From: a virus
Lineage: Duplodnaviria; Caudoviricetes
Length of the DNA: 64,000 nucleotides
Virus record (IMG/VR): IMGVR_UViG_3300027886_000005
Coordinates: 2,249 to 66,248 of that record
Reading direction: 5' to 3' (one strand)
In this document: positions 54,265 to 61,386 of the stretch, one piece after another
How positions within the stretch are numbered: the first letter of the stretch is position 1
Layout: the number at the start of each line of letters is the position of its first letter
The notes under the pieces: generated by a model
Told to the model about the DNA's origin: nothing
Databases searched by the model: none
Seen by the model: the letters and a program-made list of their open reading frames with translations, nothing else
Translations under genes and position numbers: made by a program

Positions 54265-54756
54265 GTGATTCGTTCTCTGTTCCCATCTCGCGGATTGGTT
54301 GTGGAGCGCGTCTCCGGTCCCGACTCCTTCCGCGTCGTGGCGGCCATGATCATGGAGCATCATCGACACCACGACCCGCCGGTCGGGTGGATGTGGGGGC
54401 TCATGGCATGGCGCGACGGCTGGCTCGTCGGTGTGGCGACCGTGGGCCGGCCGGTCTCGCGGAACCTGCAGTCCGCGGGCCTTCTTGAGGTGACGCGGCT
54501 GTGCACATTCTCGCGGCGACGGTTCGGTGCGGCGTCGGCCATGTACGCGGCGGCCAGTGCTAATGCGGCAGGACCATGCCCCGGCGTCATCACGTACACG
54601 CTGGACAAGGAGTCTGGCGTGAGCCTCGTCGAGGCCGGGTGGCACGACGAAGGCCCGGCGGGTGGCGGCTCGTGGTCATGCCCAAGCAGGCCCAGGACGG
54701 ATCACCACCCGCTCGGGAAGAAGCGCAGGTGGCGGGACAGGCCCGCCGCGGGGTAG
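54265..54756 (+). CDS. XF1762-family protein (GNAT-like)
   Basis: HHRHH.PPVG, VGVATVGRPVSR, EVTRLCT, ITYTL.KESGVSL..AGW, SRPR. Confidence 0.75.
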   Translation: MIRSLFPSRGLVVERVSGPDSFRVVAAMIMEHHRHHDPPVGWMWGLMAWRDGWLVGVATVGRPVSRNLQSAGLLEVTRLCTFSRRRFGAASAMYAAASANAAGPCPGVITYTLDKESGVSLVEAGWHDEGPAGGGSWSCPSRPRTDHHPLGKKRRWRDRPAAG

Positions 54757-54768
54757 CCTCGCCGCGGC

Positions 54769-56328
54769 ATGGCGGTGACGATCCTCGGGCTCACGATCGG
54801 CGACGACGGCACCGGCTTCGTCATCCCCACGTACGCGCAGGTCCGCGAGGCGCTGGCGGACCAACTGCGGAAGCTCTCCGGCTACGCGAACCTGCAGACG
54901 CAGCCCTCGGCCCTCTACGGCTACCTCGTCGACCTCGTCACCCACGGGGTCGACATCTCGCTGCAGTCCGGCGCCGCGCTCGTCTATCGGACGATCTTCA
55001 GCTTCGCCCAGGGCGTCGCGCTCGACCAAGTCCTCGCCGGGTTCATCACGCGGGTGCAGGCCAGCGCCTCGACGGTCGTGGCGTACGCGTACGGCTCTGG
55101 CGGCGCGGCGGCGGCCGCCGGCACGGCCCTGCGCACCTCGGCGAACGGCCCCCCGTTCCTGACGGACGGCGCGGTGGTGGTCCCCGTCGCGCCGAACTCG
55201 GAGGCGTACGCCGTCGAGATCGAGCCGTTCGGCGAGGGCGAGTACGCCGGCCTGTTCTTCTTCGTCGTCGTCGACGGCACGAACGCGATCTACGGCGCCA
55301 ACGGGTTCGACACCGGGGCCACCGTGCGGGACGGCCTCGTCGCCGCCGTCAACGCTCTGGGACAGACGCAGGTCGCGTACGCGGGCGGGACCTCGCCGAC
55401 GAACGGCCGCGTCGCGCTCCTGGTCCGCGAGGAGCAGGGCGCCGGGGTCTTCCCGCTCACCGTGTCCGGGCCGGTGGGGACGATCTTCTCCTTCGCCGCG
55501 GTCGCCACCCCGGCCACGGCGCAGGCGCTCGGGCCCACCCAGGCGCCCGCGCAGGCGCTCCGGTACGGCCCGCCGCTCGCAGGGGTTCAGGGCTACACGA
55601 ACCCGCTGCAGGCCGTCCTGGGGCGCACGCGCGAGACGGACTCGCAGCTCCGGGCCCGGTGGCAGGTCGTCCAGCGCGGCCTCGGCGGCGGCTCGCCCGA
55701 CGCGGTCCGCGGGATCATCCTGTCGCCGGTCGACCTGAACGGCGGGGGCGCGAGCTTCTGCGTGGTCGAGTACAACCCGACCGACGCCGTCGACGCGGCG
55801 GGCAACCTGCCGCACTCGCTGCGCGTGGTGGTCAACGCCGACGCGGACGGCCAGTCGGTGGCGAACGCGCTGTGGCGGGCCAAGGCCGCGGGCGACAACA
55901 CGAACGGCCCCGAGGCGTACGTCGTCACGGACGCGAGCGGCGACCCGCAGGACGTACTGATCGACCGGCTCGAGGACGTCTGGATCGGCGCGAGCATCAC
56001 GGTCACGGTCGGCGACGGCTGGCCCGTCACCGGCGACCCGCTGTCGCAGCTGCGGACCGACGTGGCGGCGTACGTCGAGGGCCTGGAGGCGAACGCGGAC
56101 GTCCGGGTCAACACGCTCCCGATCTCCAACTTCCCCGACGGGACGAGCCGCGGCGTCGTCAACTTCACGGTGGAGGTCGGCGTGGGCCCCGGGCCCGGCG
56201 GCCCGTTCGTGTTCCAGGCGATCTACCCGACGGTCGAGCCGGACGCCGAGGTCGCCTCGCTCGTCATCACCAGCAGGCAGAAGGCGCGCATGGTCGTCGG
56301 CGACGTGGCGGCGTCGATCGTCCCGTGA
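54769..56328 (+). CDS. Baseplate J-like protein
   Basis: GRTRETDSQLRAR, VEYNPTD..NLPHSLRVVV, KAAG. Confidence 0.85.
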   Translation: MAVTILGLTIGDDGTGFVIPTYAQVREALADQLRKLSGYANLQTQPSALYGYLVDLVTHGVDISLQSGAALVYRTIFSFAQGVALDQVLAGFITRVQASASTVVAYAYGSGGAAAAAGTALRTSANGPPFLTDGAVVVPVAPNSEAYAVEIEPFGEGEYAGLFFFVVVDGTNAIYGANGFDTGATVRDGLVAAVNALGQTQVAYAGGTSPTNGRVALLVREEQGAGVFPLTVSGPVGTIFSFAAVATPATAQALGPTQAPAQALRYGPPLAGVQGYTNPLQAVLGRTRETDSQLRARWQVVQRGLGGGSPDAVRGIILSPVDLNGGGASFCVVEYNPTDAVDAAGNLPHSLRVVVNADADGQSVANALWRAKAAGDNTNGPEAYVVTDASGDPQDVLIDRLEDVWIGASITVTVGDGWPVTGDPLSQLRTDVAAYVEGLEANADVRVNTLPISNFPDGTSRGVVNFTVEVGVGPGPGGPFVFQAIYPTVEPDAEVASLVITSRQKARMVVGDVAASIVP

Positions 56329-56586
56329 CGCGACGTGCTAGGATGTCTCCCATGCAGTCATACGCGCAGCGCATCAGCGACCTCATCACAGGCCAGGGCC
56401 AACACTGGAGCCCCACGACCGACGTCGAGTCGTGTTTCTTCTCCATCAATCAGGTGGATGTCGAAGGCGACAAGGTCGTCATCTCGACCGGCACCGGCCA
56501 GATCGTGCTCGACTGCCACGAGTCGACGTTCATGGACGAGCGGACCCGCCTCGTCGAGGAGCGCGTCCGGGCGTCGATCGTCCCGT
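56310..56586. repeat. 17-bp direct repeat GGCGTCGATCGTCCCGT flanking an inserted gene
   Basis: Copies at 56310-56326 and 56570-56586. Confidence 0.8.
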
Positions 56587-56588
56587 AA
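56352..56588 (+). CDS. Inserted small gene
   Basis: TGC-TAGGAT-7nt-ATG. Confidence 0.6.
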   Translation: MQSYAQRISDLITGQGQHWSPTTDVESCFFSINQVDVEGDKVVISTGTGQIVLDCHESTFMDERTRLVEERVRASIVP

Positions 56589-56606
56589 CCCGCTAGGGCA
56601 TCATTC

Positions 56607-56783
56607 ATGCAAGAGAAGTCATCGGGCGACATAGCGATCAGCATTGCGGACGCGGTCGGAATCGTCGGGGTCGTGGTGGCATTGGCCTTCCTGTTCGCGG
56701 AGGTCGCGGCGTGGTGGGTGGCAGCACTCGCTGCCCTGGCGGTGGGATTCGCGCTGTTCGCGGTTCGTGCAAGGGTCCACTGA
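56607..56783 (+). CDS. Small two-TM membrane protein
   Basis: MQEKSSGDIAISIADAVGIVGVVVALAFLF...VRARVH. Confidence 0.5.
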   Translation: MQEKSSGDIAISIADAVGIVGVVVALAFLFAEVAAWWVAALAALAVGFALFAVRARVH

Positions 56784-57449
56784 ATGCCGATCTTCCGCCA
56801 GTTCGTCGAGCGCCTGTCGCCCCTCGTCCCGTCCGTCCTCCGCAAGAAGACGCCGGTCGTCATCGACGACATTGGGGCGACCACGTCGTCGAACATCCTC
56901 AACCTGGCGCTGGTCGTCGGGTGGCAGGTGCTCGACGCGCTGGGCGAGGCGCTCGAGGAGCAGGCGGAGGTCTCGCACCCGCTGGCCACCGCGTCGGGCT
57001 GGGTGCTGGACCAGCACTGGGGCCCATTCCACAACCTGCAGCGCAACGGCCAGAGCGACGCTGACTTCCGCCTGTACACGCAGGCCAAGCGCATGCTCAT
57101 GCGCTCGTGGGGCGCCGCCGACCAGGCGATCGAGATCTTCAAGTTCCTCCTGCCCGCGGCGACGGTGACGTGGACCCCGTTCTACCCGAAGAACTGGGTC
57201 ATCAACATCACCGGGGTCCCTCTTGCGGACGCAGCCAAGGCGGTGTTGTTCATGACGAAGCAGCCGTCGCCCGCCGGAGGAGGCTTCTCCGTCTGCGGCG
57301 ACAACGGCCTCGCCACCATCGCGGACCCAGTCGTCTTCTCGTACTCGTCGGTCCACGGCCCGGTGCCGACGAGCGTCGGGTGGTACTCGTCGGTCCACGG
57401 CGCGAGCGGTTCGGCGGAGGCCGGGTGGGCGCATGTCGCCGGCATCTGA
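56784..57449 (+). CDS. Baseplate wedge/tail protein I-like
   Basis: Follows baseplate J; ASGWVLDQHWG...SDADFRLY. Confidence 0.7.
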   Translation: MPIFRQFVERLSPLVPSVLRKKTPVVIDDIGATTSSNILNLALVVGWQVLDALGEALEEQAEVSHPLATASGWVLDQHWGPFHNLQRNGQSDADFRLYTQAKRMLMRSWGAADQAIEIFKFLLPAATVTWTPFYPKNWVINITGVPLADAAKAVLFMTKQPSPAGGGFSVCGDNGLATIADPVVFSYSSVHGPVPTSVGWYSSVHGASGSAEAGWAHVAGI

Positions 57450-57467
57450 CGTGCTATCATGTCTGCC

Positions 57468-57587
57468 ATGACGCCGAAGACCGCTCAGGAGTGGTTATTG
57501 ATGATGTTGTGGTTGGGCATGCCGATGGGCCTCCGCATGGTGGCCGAAAACAACCTCGCCCGTTGGATGGAGCACGTGCGCCGATGA
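57468..57587 (+). CDS. 39-aa peptide
   Basis: TGC-TATCAT-7nt-ATG; coupled to the next gene. Confidence 0.45.
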   Translation: MTPKTAQEWLLMMLWLGMPMGLRMVAENNLARWMEHVRR

Positions 57588-58132
57588 AGGTCATCTACAT
57601 CGCCGGCAAGTACCGCGGCCCCAACTCCTGGGCCGTCGAGCAGAACATCCGCGCGGCCGAGGAGGTCGCGGCGCGCGTCGTGCAGCTGGGGATGATGCCG
57701 ATGTGCACGCACCCGATGACGCGTCACATGGGCGGCCTGGCGTCCGACGAGCACATGCTCGCTGGCACGCTCGAGATCATGAGCCGCTGCGACGCGGTCC
57801 TGCTCGTGCCGAACTGGCGCGACAGCGAGGGCACGCGGGCGGAGGTGGCCGAGGCCAAGCGCCTGGGCCTGCCGGTGTTCGGCGAGGGTTACGCGACCGC
57901 CAGCGACTGCCAGCACACCGACCTGTCGATCGACGACCTGGAGCAGTGGGCCGAGCATGGCGAATCTACCAGCGTCGAGGCGCGTCTGCGTGACGCGCTG
58001 GAGCAGTGCCTCGTAGCGTCGGACAACGTCGACGGGCGCGAGTCGATCCATGCGGCCTGTAGGAAGGTGGGGCTCCGGATCGACTACGCCGGCGACATGG
58101 CGCCGACATGGTCAGGGAGGATGCGGCTATGA
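57584..58132 (+). CDS. DUF4406/nucleoside deoxyribosyltransferase-like protein
   Basis: VIYIAGKYRG, CDAVLLVPNWRDSEGTRAEVAEA. Confidence 0.75.
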   Translation: MKVIYIAGKYRGPNSWAVEQNIRAAEEVAARVVQLGMMPMCTHPMTRHMGGLASDEHMLAGTLEIMSRCDAVLLVPNWRDSEGTRAEVAEAKRLGLPVFGEGYATASDCQHTDLSIDDLEQWAEHGESTSVEARLRDALEQCLVASDNVDGRESIHAACRKVGLRIDYAGDMAPTWSGRMRL

Positions 58133-58494
58133 GGTGGCGCGACTCCGCCGAGGACGCCAAGGCCCGCAACGCCGCGCTCCCGACCGGCGTCGAGCCGGAG
58201 CCGTTCCAGGAGGGCCTCGCCTTCCGCCCCGACGACGGCACGCCCCGCGGGCGCTGGCGGGTCGCACGCGAGTCCGTCGACGGGCCCGAGCGATGGTGCG
58301 TCTGGGACCTGCGGCGCGGGCCGCCAGAGCGACCGACCGCGGTCATGGTCTGGGGCGGCCTGCCGACGCCGCAGGCGGGGATCGTCGTGGCGACGGCCCT
58401 GTCCCGGGCCCGCCCGATGCGCGTCATCCTGGCGGCCCTGCGCGCGCTCAGGGTGGGCGCGCGGGCCGTGCGGGACGAGGCGTCGCTCAACTAG
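58129..58494 (+). CDS. Hypothetical protein
   Basis: ATGA coupling. Confidence 0.5.
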   Translation: MRWRDSAEDAKARNAALPTGVEPEPFQEGLAFRPDDGTPRGRWRVARESVDGPERWCVWDLRRGPPERPTAVMVWGGLPTPQAGIVVATALSRARPMRVILAALRALRVGARAVRDEASLN

Positions 58495-59015
58495 GCGACG
58501 CGCACCATGAGGACGCTGCCGTTGCGGTAGAGGGCGCCCACCGCGACGCCGCCGGTGGCGGCCGCCGCGTCGTCCGCGAAGTTGCCGAGGGCCGCGGAGA
58601 CGCCGGCGGCGTTGGCGAGCGTGGTCGCGGCGGCCCCGATCGCGGTCCTCGCCGCGGTGGCGTCGGCCGCCGTGAGGAGGGCCTGGCCAGTCCCGGTCGC
58701 GCCGATGGCCGTCTGGGCGTCCGCGGTGGTCGCCGCGATGAAGACCGCGCTGCCGGCCGAGCCCGCGCCGATCGCCGCCTGCGCCGCCGGGGTGTTCGCG
58801 GCGGTGAACACGGCGACGCCGGTCGCAGTGCCACCCAGGTTCGTCAGGGCCGCCGACGCGTCGTCCAGGTCGTCCAGGTTGTTCTCGGCCAAGAGGACGC
58901 CCGTGGGGGTCAGGGCGGACGGGCGCAGGTCGCACACGACCTCCCCCGCGGAGTTCAGCTCTCCGCTCACGGTGAAGAGGAACGGGGTCGCGGTGGTGAA
59001 CGTGATGTCGGCCAT
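58491..59015 (-). CDS. Fibre-like structural protein, antisense to the tail genes
   Basis: LLAENNLDDL..AALTNLG and Ala-rich repeats; ends GVAVGALYRNGSVLMVRVA. Confidence 0.6.
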   Translation of the reverse strand: MADITFTTATPFLFTVSGELNSAGEVVCDLRPSALTPTGVLLAENNLDDLDDASAALTNLGGTATGVAVFTAANTPAAQAAIGAGSAGSAVFIAATTADAQTAIGATGTGQALLTAADATAARTAIGAAATTLANAAGVSAALGNFADDAAAATGGVAVGALYRNGSVLMVRVA

Positions 59016-59078
59016 GCTGGGCGGAGAATACGGGCGGGCGCGGCTCGGGCGCCCGGACTGATAATTAACGTCGTCAAG

Positions 59079-59120
59079 GAGACATGATAGCTTGTCTCTC
59101 GCCACGAGCTCGTGTAGCTT
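59079..59120 (+). promoter_or_regulatory. Perfect dyad operator plus promoter
   Basis: GAGACA-TGATAGCT-TGTCTC; TTGTCT-17nt-TAGCTT-7nt-GTG; shares its motif with the 27458 promoter. Confidence 0.75.
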
Positions 59121-59127
59121 GATTCCC

Positions 59128-59400
59128 GTGACCACGTCGACCGCCACCTTCCCGCTCACCGACAACACCTACTACCTCGACGGCGACTCGCTCGCCATCG
59201 CCCGCCAGTGCGCCTCCGGCTCATATCAGCAGGACCTGGTCGAGGGCCGGGCCCGCTGGTCGGGGGCGGACCTCGAGGGGGCCGCCCGCCAGTGGGGCGG
59301 CCGCTACAGCGGGAGCCGGCGCTCCCTGCTCCGGAAGATGCGCGCCGCCGGCCTCACCCTCGTGTGGGTGACCGCCTCGCACGGCCGCCGCGTTCACTAA
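59128..59400 (+). CDS. Small hypothetical protein
   Basis: Leaderless GTG. Confidence 0.6.
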   Translation: MTTSTATFPLTDNTYYLDGDSLAIARQCASGSYQQDLVEGRARWSGADLEGAARQWGGRYSGSRRSLLRKMRAAGLTLVWVTASHGRRVH

Positions 59401-59491
59401 GAAATCGGCCGGCGGAGGTGATCGACCCGCGGGCCCGAACGACTACCAGATCACCCTGCGCCGGGGCACGGCGCGAACGGAGAACATCGTC

Positions 59492-60262
59492 ATGACCACC
59501 ATCATCAACCGCACCCCCCACGACATCGTCATCCTCCCAACCTCCGGCACCGCGTCGGACGCCCCCATCCTCCGCCTCCCTGCCGCCCCGCGCGGCGAGG
59601 TCGCCCGCGTCGAGCAGACCACGAACAACGTCGACGGGCTGGTCGCCACCGTCGACGGCGCCGTCGTCCCGATCGGACGCGCCGAGTGGGGCGCCGTCGT
59701 CGGCCTCCCGGCGCCGCAGCCAGGGGTCCTCCACGTCGTCAGCGTCGTCGTCGTGGAGGCGGCCGTCGACTCCGGTCGAGACGCGTGGGACCTCCTCGTC
59801 CCCGGCGACCAGGTGCGGGACGCCGGCGGTCGGATCGTCGGCTGCCGCGGCCTCGTCGACGGGGTCTCCGCCTCGCCGGCGATGTCGGGGCGGCGCGCGC
59901 GGGCGGTGGCCGACCGGATCCACCAACGGCTCGACCCTGAGGCGGACAACCTCCGGCCCGACCCAGAGGCGCTGGCGGTCGAGGCTGAAGGGATCGTCGC
60001 GGCGCACGACCGGTGGGTCCACGAGGCCGGCCGGCTCCGCAAGGACGGGGGCTGGTCGTACGACGCCACCGAGCCGCACGGGGCTCTCCGCACGGACCTC
60101 GTCTCCACGTGCCGGCGCGCCGTGACGGCCTCGCTCGCCCGGCCGGGCCTCGGCCCCGACGAGGCCCGCCGCGTCGCGCTGACGGAGCTCCTCGCGGCGA
60201 TCGGTGCCGTCGCCCTTGACCTGCCGCCTGGATGCACCGGCCTCAAAAAGACCGCGATGTGA
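59492..60262 (+). CDS. Conserved phage protein (INRTPHDI...RDAGGRIVGCRGL domain) plus a C-terminal domain
   Basis: Recognisable phage motif; GGAG RBS. Confidence 0.65.
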   Translation: MTTIINRTPHDIVILPTSGTASDAPILRLPAAPRGEVARVEQTTNNVDGLVATVDGAVVPIGRAEWGAVVGLPAPQPGVLHVVSVVVVEAAVDSGRDAWDLLVPGDQVRDAGGRIVGCRGLVDGVSASPAMSGRRARAVADRIHQRLDPEADNLRPDPEALAVEAEGIVAAHDRWVHEAGRLRKDGGWSYDATEPHGALRTDLVSTCRRAVTASLARPGLGPDEARRVALTELLAAIGAVALDLPPGCTGLKKTAM

Positions 60263-60291
60263 CCAGCCGCGCGCGCGGGTACCCTCCGCGC

Positions 60292-60420
60292 ATGCGTCCC
60301 GCGTCCGCCGCCATCCTGCTCCTCGCCGCGTGCACCTCGACAGGCGCCGGCGGCACGGAGCCGTGCGCCGTCCCGGCGGCGTGCGAGGAGATCCAGGCGT
60401 GCCACGGCGGCGGTATGTGA
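60292..60420 (+). CDS. Tiny Cys-containing lipoprotein (spanin-like candidate)
   Basis: MRPASAAILLLAAC lipobox; TACCCT-6nt-ATG. Confidence 0.55.
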   Translation: MRPASAAILLLAACTSTGAGGTEPCAVPAACEEIQACHGGGM

Positions 60421-60440
60421 CCCGCGGTTACCCTCGCGGC

Positions 60441-61049
60441 GTGTCGGTCGACCAGATCACCAGCGCAGTCCCGTTCGTCCTCACCCTCGCCGAGCCCGCG
60501 GAGGTGAACTCCGGCGGCGAGGTCGTGCTGGGACCCGAGAACCTGACCGCGGCGGCGCCCGAGGCCCCGGTGCAGAGCGTCTTCGGGCGCGACGGGATCG
60601 TGGTGGCGGCGACCAACGATTACCTCGCCAGCCAAGTCCGGAACGACTCGGACGTGGACGGCGCGCAGGTGAGCGACGCGCTCGAGGTTCTCGACGCGGC
60701 CGTCGCCGCCGCGGGAGTGGTGTGGCTCGCGGTGTACGTCGCCGACATCGTCGCGCCGGGGAGCGTGTTCGTCCCGGCCCCCGTCACCGGGACGCTCACG
60801 ACGATCCGGCTAGCGCTCTCCGCCCAGCCGGACATCAACTACGCGGTCGTGGCGCAGATCGGCGGCGCCCCCGTGACCGGCGGCATGGTGACCGTGCAGA
60901 GCACCGACGAGCCCGGCACCGTGCGGTCCGCGACGCCCTCGGCGGCCAACGCGGTGACGGCCGGGACGTCGTCGGTCGAACTCGTGCTGCCGGACCTACA
61001 GGGCACCCCCGGCAACGGCGTCGCGCTCCTCGGCTTTACCCCGGCGTGA
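60441..61049 (+). CDS. Structural/fibre-associated protein
   Basis: SVFGRDGIVVAATNDY motif; N-terminus resembles 58491..59015; TACCCT-6nt-GTG. Confidence 0.6.
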   Translation: MSVDQITSAVPFVLTLAEPAEVNSGGEVVLGPENLTAAAPEAPVQSVFGRDGIVVAATNDYLASQVRNDSDVDGAQVSDALEVLDAAVAAAGVVWLAVYVADIVAPGSVFVPAPVTGTLTTIRLALSAQPDINYAVVAQIGGAPVTGGMVTVQSTDEPGTVRSATPSAANAVTAGTSSVELVLPDLQGTPGNGVALLGFTPA

Positions 61050-61084
61050 CGGCTGGCGGCGGCGCGGCGTGCCACACTCGCGCC

Positions 61085-61366
61085 GTGAGACTCATCCCCG
61101 TCATCATCCTCTCCATGGCCCTCGGGCCAGCCTGCGACGTCGAGGCCGACCGCGTCGAGCCGCGCGAGGCCGAGGACGGCTGCGCCTACTCGGCGCCGCT
61201 CAACTACAACGACGACCACGCCAACACCCCGGCGGAGTGCACGATGAAGCTCGCGCTCTGCGTCGACTCGTTCCTTGTCGGCTGCGACGAGGACGCGCCG
61301 GGCTGCTACTCCGAGATCGGGCACTGCTTCAAGAAGCTCGACGTGTGCTGGAAGACGATCGGGTGA
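61085..61366 (+). CDS. Cys-rich lipoprotein
   Basis: Signal ending GPAC-DV; multiple Cys. Confidence 0.7.
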   Translation: MRLIPVIILSMALGPACDVEADRVEPREAEDGCAYSAPLNYNDDHANTPAECTMKLALCVDSFLVGCDEDAPGCYSEIGHCFKKLDVCWKTIG

Positions 61367-61386
61367 CGCGACGGTAGCCTCGTCCC

